A DNA stretch of 64,000 nt. Source: a virus. Positions 56,839-64,000 of the stretch are shown here, piece after piece (position 1 is the first letter of the stretch; every line of letters starts with the position of its first letter). The DNA lies in IMG/VR virus record IMGVR_UViG_3300014202_001521, positions 130,931 through 194,930 of that record; one strand, written 5' to 3'. The notes beneath the pieces were generated by a model, which saw only the letters and a program-made list of their open reading frames with translations, was not told the DNA's origin and did no database searches. A program made the position numbers and the translations under genes.

Positions 56839-57307
56839 TATTGGGTTCCTTTAAATATTCGGGGTCAAACCAACCCTCTTCCTTTAACTCTATACGTTTC
56901 TTGTTCGCTTCGCAAATTTCGATTTTTTCAAATTCGATGTCTATGTCACCGCCACAACAACATGTACATTCTGCGTGCTTTATTACGCCAGGAACCACGT
57001 TATACAATCTGAAAATGTGTTCAAGTGTATAAGTCTTCCTGTCATTTGTATGCCACGTTTCAATGACCACCTCCGAAAGATCGGGCGGTATGGCTTTCAC
57101 TCGCAGGTCTTGGCTACCACCATAGAAGAAAGTGGACAAAAGATCACAGCGAAAGACCATGCCCATTAGTGAGAGGCGACTTGCCGATAGCCCTGGCATA
57201 TACACCGCTGAAGTGGGCGAAAGAAGATCAAGATGGCAAGAACGAACCCATATCCGCACATCATCACGGGCCAAGAAATAGGTGTTGAAATTTTTTACTG
57301 TTTCCAT
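56807..57307 (-). CDS. hypothetical protein
   Basis: Probable start METVKNF. Contains CTCCCGG. Confidence 0.55.
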   Translation of the reverse strand: METVKNFNTYFLARDDVRIWVRSCHLDLLSPTSAVYMPGLSASRLSLMGMVFRCDLLSTFFYGGSQDLRVKAIPPDLSEVVIETWHTNDRKTYTLEHIFRLYNVVPGVIKHAECTCCCGGDIDIEFEKIEICEANKKRIELKEEGWFDPEYLKEPNNGTKIVLNKE

Positions 57308-57429
57308 AAAGTTCAATAGAGTAAGGAAATACGCACAAATTGGGCTAAAATCGGGGCTATGTGTTCGGGCTTTTGGCGCAAGAGTTGCAATGGTATATAG
57401 GCGTTGAGGAAATAAATTCAAAAATTCTG

Positions 57430-57457
57430 TTGACATTAGGTTTAGCATAACAAGAAT
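57430..57457 (+). promoter_or_regulatory. sigma70-type promoter (weak -10)
   Basis: AAAATTCTG-TTGACA context like that at 29049. SD TAGGAGATATAC downstream. Confidence 0.5.
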
Positions 57458-57497
57458 AGTCGTGTCTCGTCCCTGTTACTCGCTAGGAGATATACCA

Positions 57498-57698
57498 ATG
57501 CTGCTACGCACACCCCACAAGGATGACTTTTTTGAATCAAGGATTGAACCAAAACCCAAGCCTCAGCTTGTTGACCTCACGCAGGTCGTTGAATCTCTTG
57601 GCAAAGAGATATCTGAGTGCGATCAAGAGATTGAACGATGGAATTGGAAAAAGCAAAGAATCAAAACCATATTTGGCAAAATTAGAAATATTGCATAA
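57498..57698 (+). CDS. small coiled-coil protein, similar to the middle of ORF 40950..41441
   Basis: EISECDQEIERWNWKKQRI resembles EIRHCDEQAGLWMTRKQQL. Confidence 0.7.
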   Translation: MLLRTPHKDDFFESRIEPKPKPQLVDLTQVVESLGKEISECDQEIERWNWKKQRIKTIFGKIRNIA

Positions 57699-57704
57699 AG
57701 ACCT

Positions 57705-57741
57705 AAAACTAAAGCCCTGGCTAGCCAGGGCTTTAGTTTTT
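57705..57741. terminator. bidirectional terminator (perfect palindrome)
   Basis: AAAACTAAAGCCCTGGCTAGCCAGGGCTTTAGTTTT. Confidence 0.85.
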
Positions 57742-58031
57742 TACATGCACTTACCGCAAATGTCACACTCGTAATACGAGTCGCTATTGCCAGACGGGTC
57801 TGGATGATATGTCTTTGACCAGTGTTTGCACCGCTCTTGCAATTCAGTCATTCTTTGCTTTACATTCTTGACTTTAGCTTCATGCTTCTTGTTTTCTTCT
57901 TCTATTTCTTTATTCAAACTACGTTTAACATTTGCAATGTCTTCCACTTCTTTAAGACTACTATAGATGTATTCAGCATTACAGTTTGCCGCAGACGCCA
58001 TTATGCTAGCGATTAGCTGCTGTGTTATCAT
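57741..58031 (-). CDS. coiled-coil plus Zn-ribbon protein
   Basis: CKH...DPSGNSDSYYECDICG. Confidence 0.65.
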   Translation of the reverse strand: MITQQLIASIMASAANCNAEYIYSSLKEVEDIANVKRSLNKEIEEENKKHEAKVKNVKQRMTELQERCKHWSKTYHPDPSGNSDSYYECDICGKCM

Positions 58032-58326
58032 TTAAGCTCCTCAACACCTTCTTATATTCCAAACTATTCAATACGTCGCCCAATAAATTATTGCACATAA
58101 CATCAAAACAGTAGATTTGTGCCAATTTCAAAAGGTACTTTTCCGACTTGTTTGCCTTCTGCGGCAGGTTGATCTTTTCAAGCTTAATGGTCGGCTCAGC
58201 CTTGCCATCTTCTATCTTAACCAGAGCATGAATAGTAAAAGCATATACTGGATGCTTTACCTTAATCGTCTTTCCAACCCTCAACTGATCCCGTAAATTT
58301 ACCTTCATTTCACGTCTTCCTCTCAT
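58006..58326 (-). CDS. hypothetical protein
   Basis: 106-aa ORF. The start may be the internal MKVNL. Confidence 0.55.
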   Translation of the reverse strand: MRGRREMKVNLRDQLRVGKTIKVKHPVYAFTIHALVKIEDGKAEPTIKLEKINLPQKANKSEKYLLKLAQIYCFDVMCNNLLGDVLNSLEYKKVLRSLNDNTAANR

Positions 58327-58335
58327 AAATAAGAT

Positions 58336-58662
58336 GTGAATAAATTCAATCAGTGGTTAGAAACCGTGAATTACCGCATCAACAATGACCTCATCGCTTC
58401 ACTCAAACAAGCGCGTGACCGTATTGGCCAATATGGGTCTATGGACTTTAAAGCCGCAACAGACGCTGATGCCATGCTCCGTGGTGCCAGGGGCTTCTTA
58501 AAAATGGCTCACGGTGCCCAAGCGGATCAAGACATGGTTTTCAACCTAACCCGTCTAGCCAACGCCTGTAATCACCTAAGCCATCTTGATCCCCAAAAAA
58601 GAGAGAAAATCAGCCAAATCCAGACTGATATTGATGGAATTATTAACAAATTGCAAGGCTAA
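58336..58662 (+). CDS. hypothetical protein, CTS-like N-terminus
   Basis: (V)NKFNQWLE. TAAATA 4 nt upstream. Confidence 0.7.
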   Translation: MNKFNQWLETVNYRINNDLIASLKQARDRIGQYGSMDFKAATDADAMLRGARGFLKMAHGAQADQDMVFNLTRLANACNHLSHLDPQKREKISQIQTDIDGIINKLQG

Positions 58663-59060
58663 TCTTTCATTCTCGATTCATATTCTTTCTTGGTCAGATG
58701 CTCGACCTGAATATGAACGTAAGTAACCTCTGGTGATGTTTCAGTTTTGTTGAATTGACCAAGAATCCTACCGCCAATATACAGCCGCAACGTATGCAAG
58801 AACCGTTCCAACGCCTTTTGCGAGTATAACTTGCCAGGTTCTTCATGATTCTTGATAATAGCCAAGTTAAATGAATCCTGAAAGTCCTTGTCAGAAAACA
58901 TAGCCAAGACTTGCTTCTCTTCCTTGAGAGTCATCGGCTTTTCTGGCTTTTCATCAAGGTCGGTGCTTAATACACCATGCAGGATCAGTTTCTTAAGATC
59001 GTCGTCCTTCATGTCCATTGTAGTAGCCTCTAGGTTTAGATTATGTCCCACCCTATACAT
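58659..59060 (-). CDS. hypothetical protein
   Basis: ORF. The start may be the internal MDMKDD. Confidence 0.55.
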   Translation of the reverse strand: MYRVGHNLNLEATTMDMKDDDLKKLILHGVLSTDLDEKPEKPMTLKEEKQVLAMFSDKDFQDSFNLAIIKNHEEPGKLYSQKALERFLHTLRLYIGGRILGQFNKTETSPEVTYVHIQVEHLTKKEYESRMKD

Positions 59061-59081
59061 TTACTACAATTTCTTCGATTG

Positions 59082-59402
59082 TCAAATCACAACTTTGTCG
59101 TTAACAATTCCTGGCGTCTTAACACATACTATGCTGCAATCCTCTAAGAATATAGGGCCAGCAAGCTCAAATGGCCTAAGTATAAATATGTCACCACTAT
59201 TTAACTCCTGCCCCTGAATTATCATCCTGCCCTGGATCAACAAATTGATTTCCGTGACCTTTTCATGATAGTGATAATCCCACTTCTCGTCCTTCTTATG
59301 AATCTTATAAGATACCTCAAAGTCTTCGGTTTTATAAGCCGTTGGCTCAAAATTTCCTATAAACCATCCACCCTTCATATCCTTGAACTTAAATATTTCC
59401 AT
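59082..59402 (-). CDS. cupin-fold protein
   Basis: GWFIGNFEP, HYH...TE.NL...G.M, GDIF.L.P.E, VKTP. Confidence 0.8.
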   Translation of the reverse strand: MEIFKFKDMKGGWFIGNFEPTAYKTEDFEVSYKIHKKDEKWDYHYHEKVTEINLLIQGRMIIQGQELNSGDIFILRPFELAGPIFLEDCSIVCVKTPGIVNDKVVI

Positions 59403-60484
59403 TATACTCCCTTCCAATCCACGTTCTTAAATCCTTGATTGGTTATAACATTGATAGCCTTCGCCCTGTCTGGAATATTATCATTGATCTTATCATTTAT
59501 CATAACCCTTACCCCGCTAGTCAATCCCATCAATAAGATATCCCAACACAACCCAAGACGCTTCAGATGAGCCTCAGTCATCTCTCTGGCTGATTCCTTC
59601 CTAGCCGTACACAATACGATCTTATAGCCGTGTGAATCCCATTCGTTAAACTTCTCCAACACCCCATCCAAAAGCGTTTGATTATTGTTCTTCAAATCGC
59701 TGAATTGGTGTGCGTGCTTTAATATAGTCCCATCAATATCACAAAATATCGTCTTAGGCTTATCCGTGAAGAACTCCTTAATTTTACCTATGTAAATGTT
59801 CAAATCATAAGGAGTTCCGAGTGGAGTGTATGCATTCTCCTCTATCTTGTGTATCTTGATCCTTTTGCCATCCTTAATTAAGTAATTATAAGTCTCGGAA
59901 ATGTAGCACTCTTTAGTCCTAGCAAATTCTTCTAATAGTGCCTTTGCAGAAGACACAAAACTCTTGCCAAACTTCCAATAGTGAACTCCGACTAAGGCAT
60001 TGTTGGAAATAGGATTCTTTTCATGCAAACTTACAACAAAGTCATTTTCAACAACGGCATAACTGTGCTTAGGATTGCTAGAATTGTGGGTTACAACAGC
60101 CCCATCACAATCTTTTAAACTAGAAATGAACTTACTAGCATCCCACTCCAGTCGCTGATCGCAGTTAGTTATAATCAGACCCCTATCATTATCAATCAGA
60201 TGTTCAGCGTGTAGGCAAGTAGCCACACTGCCTTGCGTTGGCTTATCAATTGTAATCTCTATTGAATCTGGCTTTAGTCTTTTAAGTATAGAAGATAAAG
60301 CAATATTATCATTCTGATTATCATACTTCCTGGTTATAAATATGTATTTGCCATCAACTCCTAGAGACTCTACAGAATGCTCTATTAGGGTTTTGCCATT
60401 TACGTCTATTAATGGCTTCGGTAGCAAGAATCCTTCTTGGTAAAAACGAGTCCCTAGTCCCGCCATTGGAATAACTATATTCAT
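59402..60484 (-). CDS. sugar nucleotidyltransferase-like domain fused to a HAD phosphatase-like domain
   Basis: IPMAG.GTRF...PKPLI, NCDQ, LGTP.DL, then CDIDGT, TAR, INDK. Confidence 0.85.
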   Translation of the reverse strand: MNIVIPMAGLGTRFYQEGFLLPKPLIDVNGKTLIEHSVESLGVDGKYIFITRKYDNQNDNIALSSILKRLKPDSIEITIDKPTQGSVATCLHAEHLIDNDRGLIITNCDQRLEWDASKFISSLKDCDGAVVTHNSSNPKHSYAVVENDFVVSLHEKNPISNNALVGVHYWKFGKSFVSSAKALLEEFARTKECYISETYNYLIKDGKRIKIHKIEENAYTPLGTPYDLNIYIGKIKEFFTDKPKTIFCDIDGTILKHAHQFSDLKNNNQTLLDGVLEKFNEWDSHGYKIVLCTARKESAREMTEAHLKRLGLCWDILLMGLTSGVRVMINDKINDNIPDRAKAINVITNQGFKNVDWKGV

Positions 60485-60499
60485 ACCATATATAAGCTT

Positions 60500-61081
60500 A
60501 TGGAGTCATACAGCCAAGCTGGACAAGACATTTTTGTTCTAAAATGCCTTGAAAATAAACGTAATGGCGTCTTTTTAGACCTGGGTTGCAGCGACCCAAT
60601 CATTATTAATAACACTTACTTGCTAGAATATCAATATGATTGGACTGGTCTATCCGTCGATATAGACAAAACAATGACCGATCAATATAACCTTAGAAAA
60701 ACTACGGTTTGGAATGCCGACGCCACCCAACTAGACTTTGACAAAGTTATTAACGTGTGTGGTGATAAGATTGATTACTTGTCTTTAGACCTGGAGCCAG
60801 CGTCAGTCACCTACGAATGTCTAAGGACAATCCCCTTTGACGAAATAGAGTTCTCGGTCATTACCTACGAACATGATTTCTGGAGATTTGGGAATGAATG
60901 GCGAATCAAATCAAGAACTTTGTTATACAACTATGGCTACAAAATCATTTGTTCAAACGTTCTGTCATTTGATGGACTTGTTTTCGAAGACTGGTACTAT
61001 AATCCGAAACATATAGAGTATGACAAGATAAAGAGCCTTGAGAGTGAAGGAACCCGCTGGCAAAGTATTCTAGGACTTTAG
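60500..61081 (+). CDS. FkbM-like methyltransferase
   Basis: YSQAGQD.FV, G.FLDLG, NNTY.LE...W.G, IDYLSLD.E, TYEHD, FEDWY. Confidence 0.8.
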   Translation: MESYSQAGQDIFVLKCLENKRNGVFLDLGCSDPIIINNTYLLEYQYDWTGLSVDIDKTMTDQYNLRKTTVWNADATQLDFDKVINVCGDKIDYLSLDLEPASVTYECLRTIPFDEIEFSVITYEHDFWRFGNEWRIKSRTLLYNYGYKIICSNVLSFDGLVFEDWYYNPKHIEYDKIKSLESEGTRWQSILGL

Positions 61082-61641
61082 TTGTTGCGTGGGCCAGCAG
61101 GCAACATACTCATCTGTGGTATCCTTATTACCTCTACCCCTAGATGCTCAAGGGTATGCTTCAGGTATCTTTCGGGATGGAATATCTTCCCTTGGCTAAA
61201 GAACATCTGATGGGTCAAGTATACCGAGTAGTATTTTCGCATCGACTCATAATTGCCAAACGCCATCAAGTCATTTAACCCTTCACGCCAGTCAGTGCTT
61301 GTAGGAACATAAACACGACTGTCAGAAAACTCATAGCTTGCCAGGTCTATTGGCTCACTAAACGCTATGTCGTAACGCATTTTGACGTATATATCAAGCC
61401 CTGTAGGTGCCTTACTGAATGCCTGCCACATGTTATGCCACATGTTCAAGACACGGCATGGCACCGTTTCATCATACTTGTGAGACGAATAACCAAATGC
61501 GTCACTGTTATAGAAGTCTAAGTTAGCATTGTTTTCATTATAATGAACTTCTACAGCATCACCAAGAATGTCTTTATGGTGCTGTTTCTGTCTGGTTTCC
61601 CATTCACGGGTATATCCACTATAAATAAAACACTTAAACAT
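61078..61641 (-). CDS. glycosyltransferase-like protein
   Basis: SG..R, YVKMRYDI, ND..AFG....M.KY, HPE..L. Confidence 0.65.
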   Translation of the reverse strand: MFKCFIYSGYTREWETRQKQHHKDILGDAVEVHYNENNANLDFYNSDAFGYSSHKYDETVPCRVLNMWHNMWQAFSKAPTGLDIYVKMRYDIAFSEPIDLASYEFSDSRVYVPTSTDWREGLNDLMAFGNYESMRKYYSVYLTHQMFFSQGKIFHPERYLKHTLEHLGVEVIRIPQMSMLPAGPRNN

Positions 61642-62011
61642 CCTTACTCCTACACTTATTACATAGCGTTAAAATCCAACTGCCTTTTGTTGTTACATCT
61701 TCTTTAGTACCACAATGCTCACATATATGATATGATTCTTCTTCCGCTTTTCGAACTACCTTAGATATCTTTTCATTGCCGCCATCATAGTATAAGTTTA
61801 GACCGCCAAACTTCTCTTTAATCTGTGCAAAACAGAACGTCCCTTCCTTATCAAGTTTGGCAATCTTCTTACAGGTGCTATACAGGAGCTTAAACCAACC
61901 ATCGCCGTGAGCGCATCCCCAAGCCATACAGGTCTTCATGGGATCGCCATACATGTCTTTGAAAAAGGTTGGAAACTCGTCAATCAGTTTTTTCTCAAGT
62001 TCCTTATTCAT
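61634..62011 (-). CDS. conserved-looking phage hypothetical protein with a Zn ribbon
   Basis: GDGW..L, QIKEKFG.L..Y, CEHCG, W..TLC..C. Confidence 0.7.
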   Translation of the reverse strand: MNKELEKKLIDEFPTFFKDMYGDPMKTCMAWGCAHGDGWFKLLYSTCKKIAKLDKEGTFCFAQIKEKFGGLNLYYDGGNEKISKVVRKAEEESYHICEHCGTKEDVTTKGSWILTLCNKCRSKDV

Positions 62012-62367
62012 TATTCTTCCTTTTTAGACTTAAAATACCTTTTCATTTTGGCGTTCCACGCTTCAATAGCCTTTAAGTTATTATATATTGATATAATACT
62101 ATCGTAAAACGGGTGTCTTAACTTGAATTTAATTAAATTCCAGAGAAGAGTTTTAGGTTTGATCTTTTTAAGGCACTCGTAGCCGTAGAAGTTCCATTTA
62201 AAAGCACAACCACTACAGAGCGGGAATAACTCTGTAGTGGTTGTCCTAAGAACGGAATTTGATTTATCTGACCCACAAACCAGACATACTTTTTTCTTAC
62301 TGCCCATGAAGCAGTAGGTTTCAAAGAGAGGCTCTGGAAACTCAAATGTTGTGTTCATATAAGTCAA
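62011..62367 (-). CDS. hypothetical zinc-binding protein
   Basis: CLVCG and CSGC. Confidence 0.55.
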   Translation of the reverse strand: MTYMNTTFEFPEPLFETYCFMGSKKKVCLVCGSDKSNSVLRTTTTELFPLCSGCAFKWNFYGYECLKKIKPKTLLWNLIKFKLRHPFYDSIISIYNNLKAIEAWNAKMKRYFKSKKEE

Positions 62368-62845
62368 ACCAGTCCTTGTCTTCTTCTATGTTTGTGTCGT
62401 AGAGACACAATTCCATAGTGCAATCTCTGCTCACACCAGAATGCCGCCAAGACAAATCATCATACTTATCCTTATCATACTCTCTTGCTGTGCAAAGAAA
62501 AGAATCTTTTCCTTGGTTTTTACTCATTGGATAAGCATTACCCACGGCGTCGTAGTGAACTTCAAAGTAGATACTTTTGTCAATGTAGCTTGGGTAATAA
62601 GGACATTCGATTTTCACCCGCACTATATTGACGCCAGCCGTCATCAACTTCGCAACAACATCATCAACCCATTCCTTGCATTCGTCATAGCTGTCAAAAC
62701 GACAAACATGAGAAGTCATGTGTTCTGTGCGAAAGAACGACCTATCAGGTTTTACTAAGTCTATGACAATTGTTCTAATGTTAAGAGACTTAGCTGCTTC
62801 AATAATGCTTTCATCGCCAGTTATATGAACTTCAAAAAGTTCCAT
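62342..62845 (-). CDS. hypothetical protein
   Basis: FEVHITG, RVKIE, YFEVH, E..LYDTN...D..W. Confidence 0.65.
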   Translation of the reverse strand: MELFEVHITGDESIIEAAKSLNIRTIVIDLVKPDRSFFRTEHMTSHVCRFDSYDECKEWVDDVVAKLMTAGVNIVRVKIECPYYPSYIDKSIYFEVHYDAVGNAYPMSKNQGKDSFLCTAREYDKDKYDDLSWRHSGVSRDCTMELCLYDTNIEEDKDWFDLYEHNI

Positions 62846-62848
62846 TTT

Positions 62849-63127
62849 TTACCCCAATGTCAGACCTGGAGGTGCAACTACAATACCACCGAATTGTTGA
62901 TTATAGCCATTAACAACATCTTCGTCTGGCTCGACAGTAAACATAATGTCCCGCTTATGTATAGTTATTTTTGCGTTCTCTTTCATGAAAGGTGAAAGCG
63001 GGATCATTGCCACACCCTTCTGTTGTAACTGCAAACGTACTGGATTCTCCAATACGAGAGTATCCCCGACTTCCTCACACTTAGTCAATACCTCTTCACC
63101 AGTTACTAACTTGACTAACTTCATCAT
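62849..63127 (-). CDS. small Sm-like protein typical of T4-like phages
   Basis: KLVTGEEV, L.NP, P..PF, P.ED....Y...FG..IV.P. Confidence 0.7.
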   Translation of the reverse strand: MMKLVKLVTGEEVLTKCEEVGDTLVLENPVRLQLQQKGVAMIPLSPFMKENAKITIHKRDIMFTVEPDEDVVNGYNQQFGGIVVAPPGLTLG

Positions 63128-63128
63128 A

Positions 63129-63977
63129 TTAAAACTCCTTAGCTAAAAGCTTTTTATCTAGTTCAATGATATAATCTCTGCCATAAGTTCCATTCTCCAA
63201 ACCATCAATAAGACAAGCTGGAATATCACAGGCCAATTCTTCGCAGAAGCTCGCTGGTCCCATTGCTATTGCACAAATGGTATCAGTATCTCCAGCAAAA
63301 TTAACCCCATTAACAAGAACTTCCGACAGACTGTTACTTCGCATAATAGCATCAATCGCTGCGATCACACAAGGCCAACCTTCCACTGGAATGTGGTCCT
63401 TGTGTTTCTCCAAAACGCCTATATTGACCCTTACATGTTGGTTCAACCAATTCAACAATTCTGACTTTGGACCTATTTGATATCTGAAATAGTGAACCAT
63501 CAAAGCCGAACATAGACCTGAATTACGACCATTCTCTGTATTGTGAGTTGTATTGGATTGAATATTGCACTTATCTTTAAGTTCGTTTATGTCAGGTATT
63601 AAACCTAACGGTCCAGCGCGCATAGCAGCGCCCGAACGCTCGCTAGTTGGCTTTATATTATCAAGGAAATCCTTAGCAGACTTAGTTGACTCCATAAAGA
63701 GTTGAAATCCTGGTGCGTAGCCACGCCTTGGGTCACGGTGAAAGCACTGGCCGAACTTATGCACCAAGTTATATGGAGTCCATTCATCCCCTTCAACCAT
63801 CGCTTCTGCAATGGCCAAGGTCATTTGAGTGTCGTCGGTATAGTTACCTGGCTTAATGAGAGACGGATTCTCTTCTAAAGTAATGTATTTTAGCTTATTC
63901 TTGTTCTGTATAATCCACTTATCAGTCCACTCAAAGCAAGCTCCGTAAGCATCCCCTACAGCAATTTCTAATAGCAT
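63129..63977 (-). CDS. ADP-ribosylglycohydrolase
   Basis: AVGDAYG, YTDDTQM, SGAAMR, TH, GDTDT..A.A. The start could be further upstream. Confidence 0.9.
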   Translation of the reverse strand: MLLEIAVGDAYGACFEWTDKWIIQNKNKLKYITLEENPSLIKPGNYTDDTQMTLAIAEAMVEGDEWTPYNLVHKFGQCFHRDPRRGYAPGFQLFMESTKSAKDFLDNIKPTSERSGAAMRAGPLGLIPDINELKDKCNIQSNTTHNTENGRNSGLCSALMVHYFRYQIGPKSELLNWLNQHVRVNIGVLEKHKDHIPVEGWPCVIAAIDAIMRSNSLSEVLVNGVNFAGDTDTICAIAMGPASFCEELACDIPACLIDGLENGTYGRDYIIELDKKLLAKEF

Positions 63978-64000
63978 ATTATTTCCAAATCTTTTCAATA

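Noticed and set aside
57308-57497. Possible tRNA/ncRNA in intergenic gaps (also 40790-40950 and 42760-42890)
   Set aside because: No cloverleaf or T-loop/CCA pattern seen. The gaps are explained by divergent promoters and SD sequences. An Infernal scan would be needed to exclude other RNAs.
1-64000. Stop-codon reassignment as seen in some large phages
   Set aside because: Recognisable genes are full length in the standard code, and TAA, TGA and TAG all end genes.

Overview
This window looks like a 64-kb segment of a large, T4-related (myovirus-type) tailed phage genome. It is densely coding, uses the standard genetic code and switches strand often. From 0.3 to 18.4 kb lies a virion-morphogenesis region: a gp26/gp51-like tail/baseplate assembly pair joined by a likely -1 frameshift, a gp55-like late sigma factor, two gp19-like tail tubes, a short sheath-like protein, gp15/gp14/gp13-like neck proteins and fibre-like proteins. 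The rest is accessory: UDG, Thg1, Nudix, Dam-like MTase, McsA-like protein, HDAC, lysine 6-aminotransferase, a choline-monooxygenase-like Rieske enzyme, patatin, two vWA proteins, ADP-ribosylglycohydrolase and several glycosyl/nucleotidyl transferases. The most unusual features are: (i) a six-gene, terminator-ended operon at 22.1-27.8 kb encoding exported CxxCH heme proteins, a papain-like protease and a Gly/Val/Asn repeat protein; (ii) mini-ORFs carrying isolated fragments of major-capsid-protein motifs; (iii) more than 15 ORFs starting with a motif like the T4 capsid-targeting sequence; (iv) TAAATA/TATATA boxes 4-6 nt upstream of start codons that lack a Shine-Dalgarno; and (v) Cys-rich extensions on many structural proteins. 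A Planctomycetota host is an inference only. I saw no rRNA, tRNA or CRISPR array. All family assignments are by-eye motif recognition; no database search was run.
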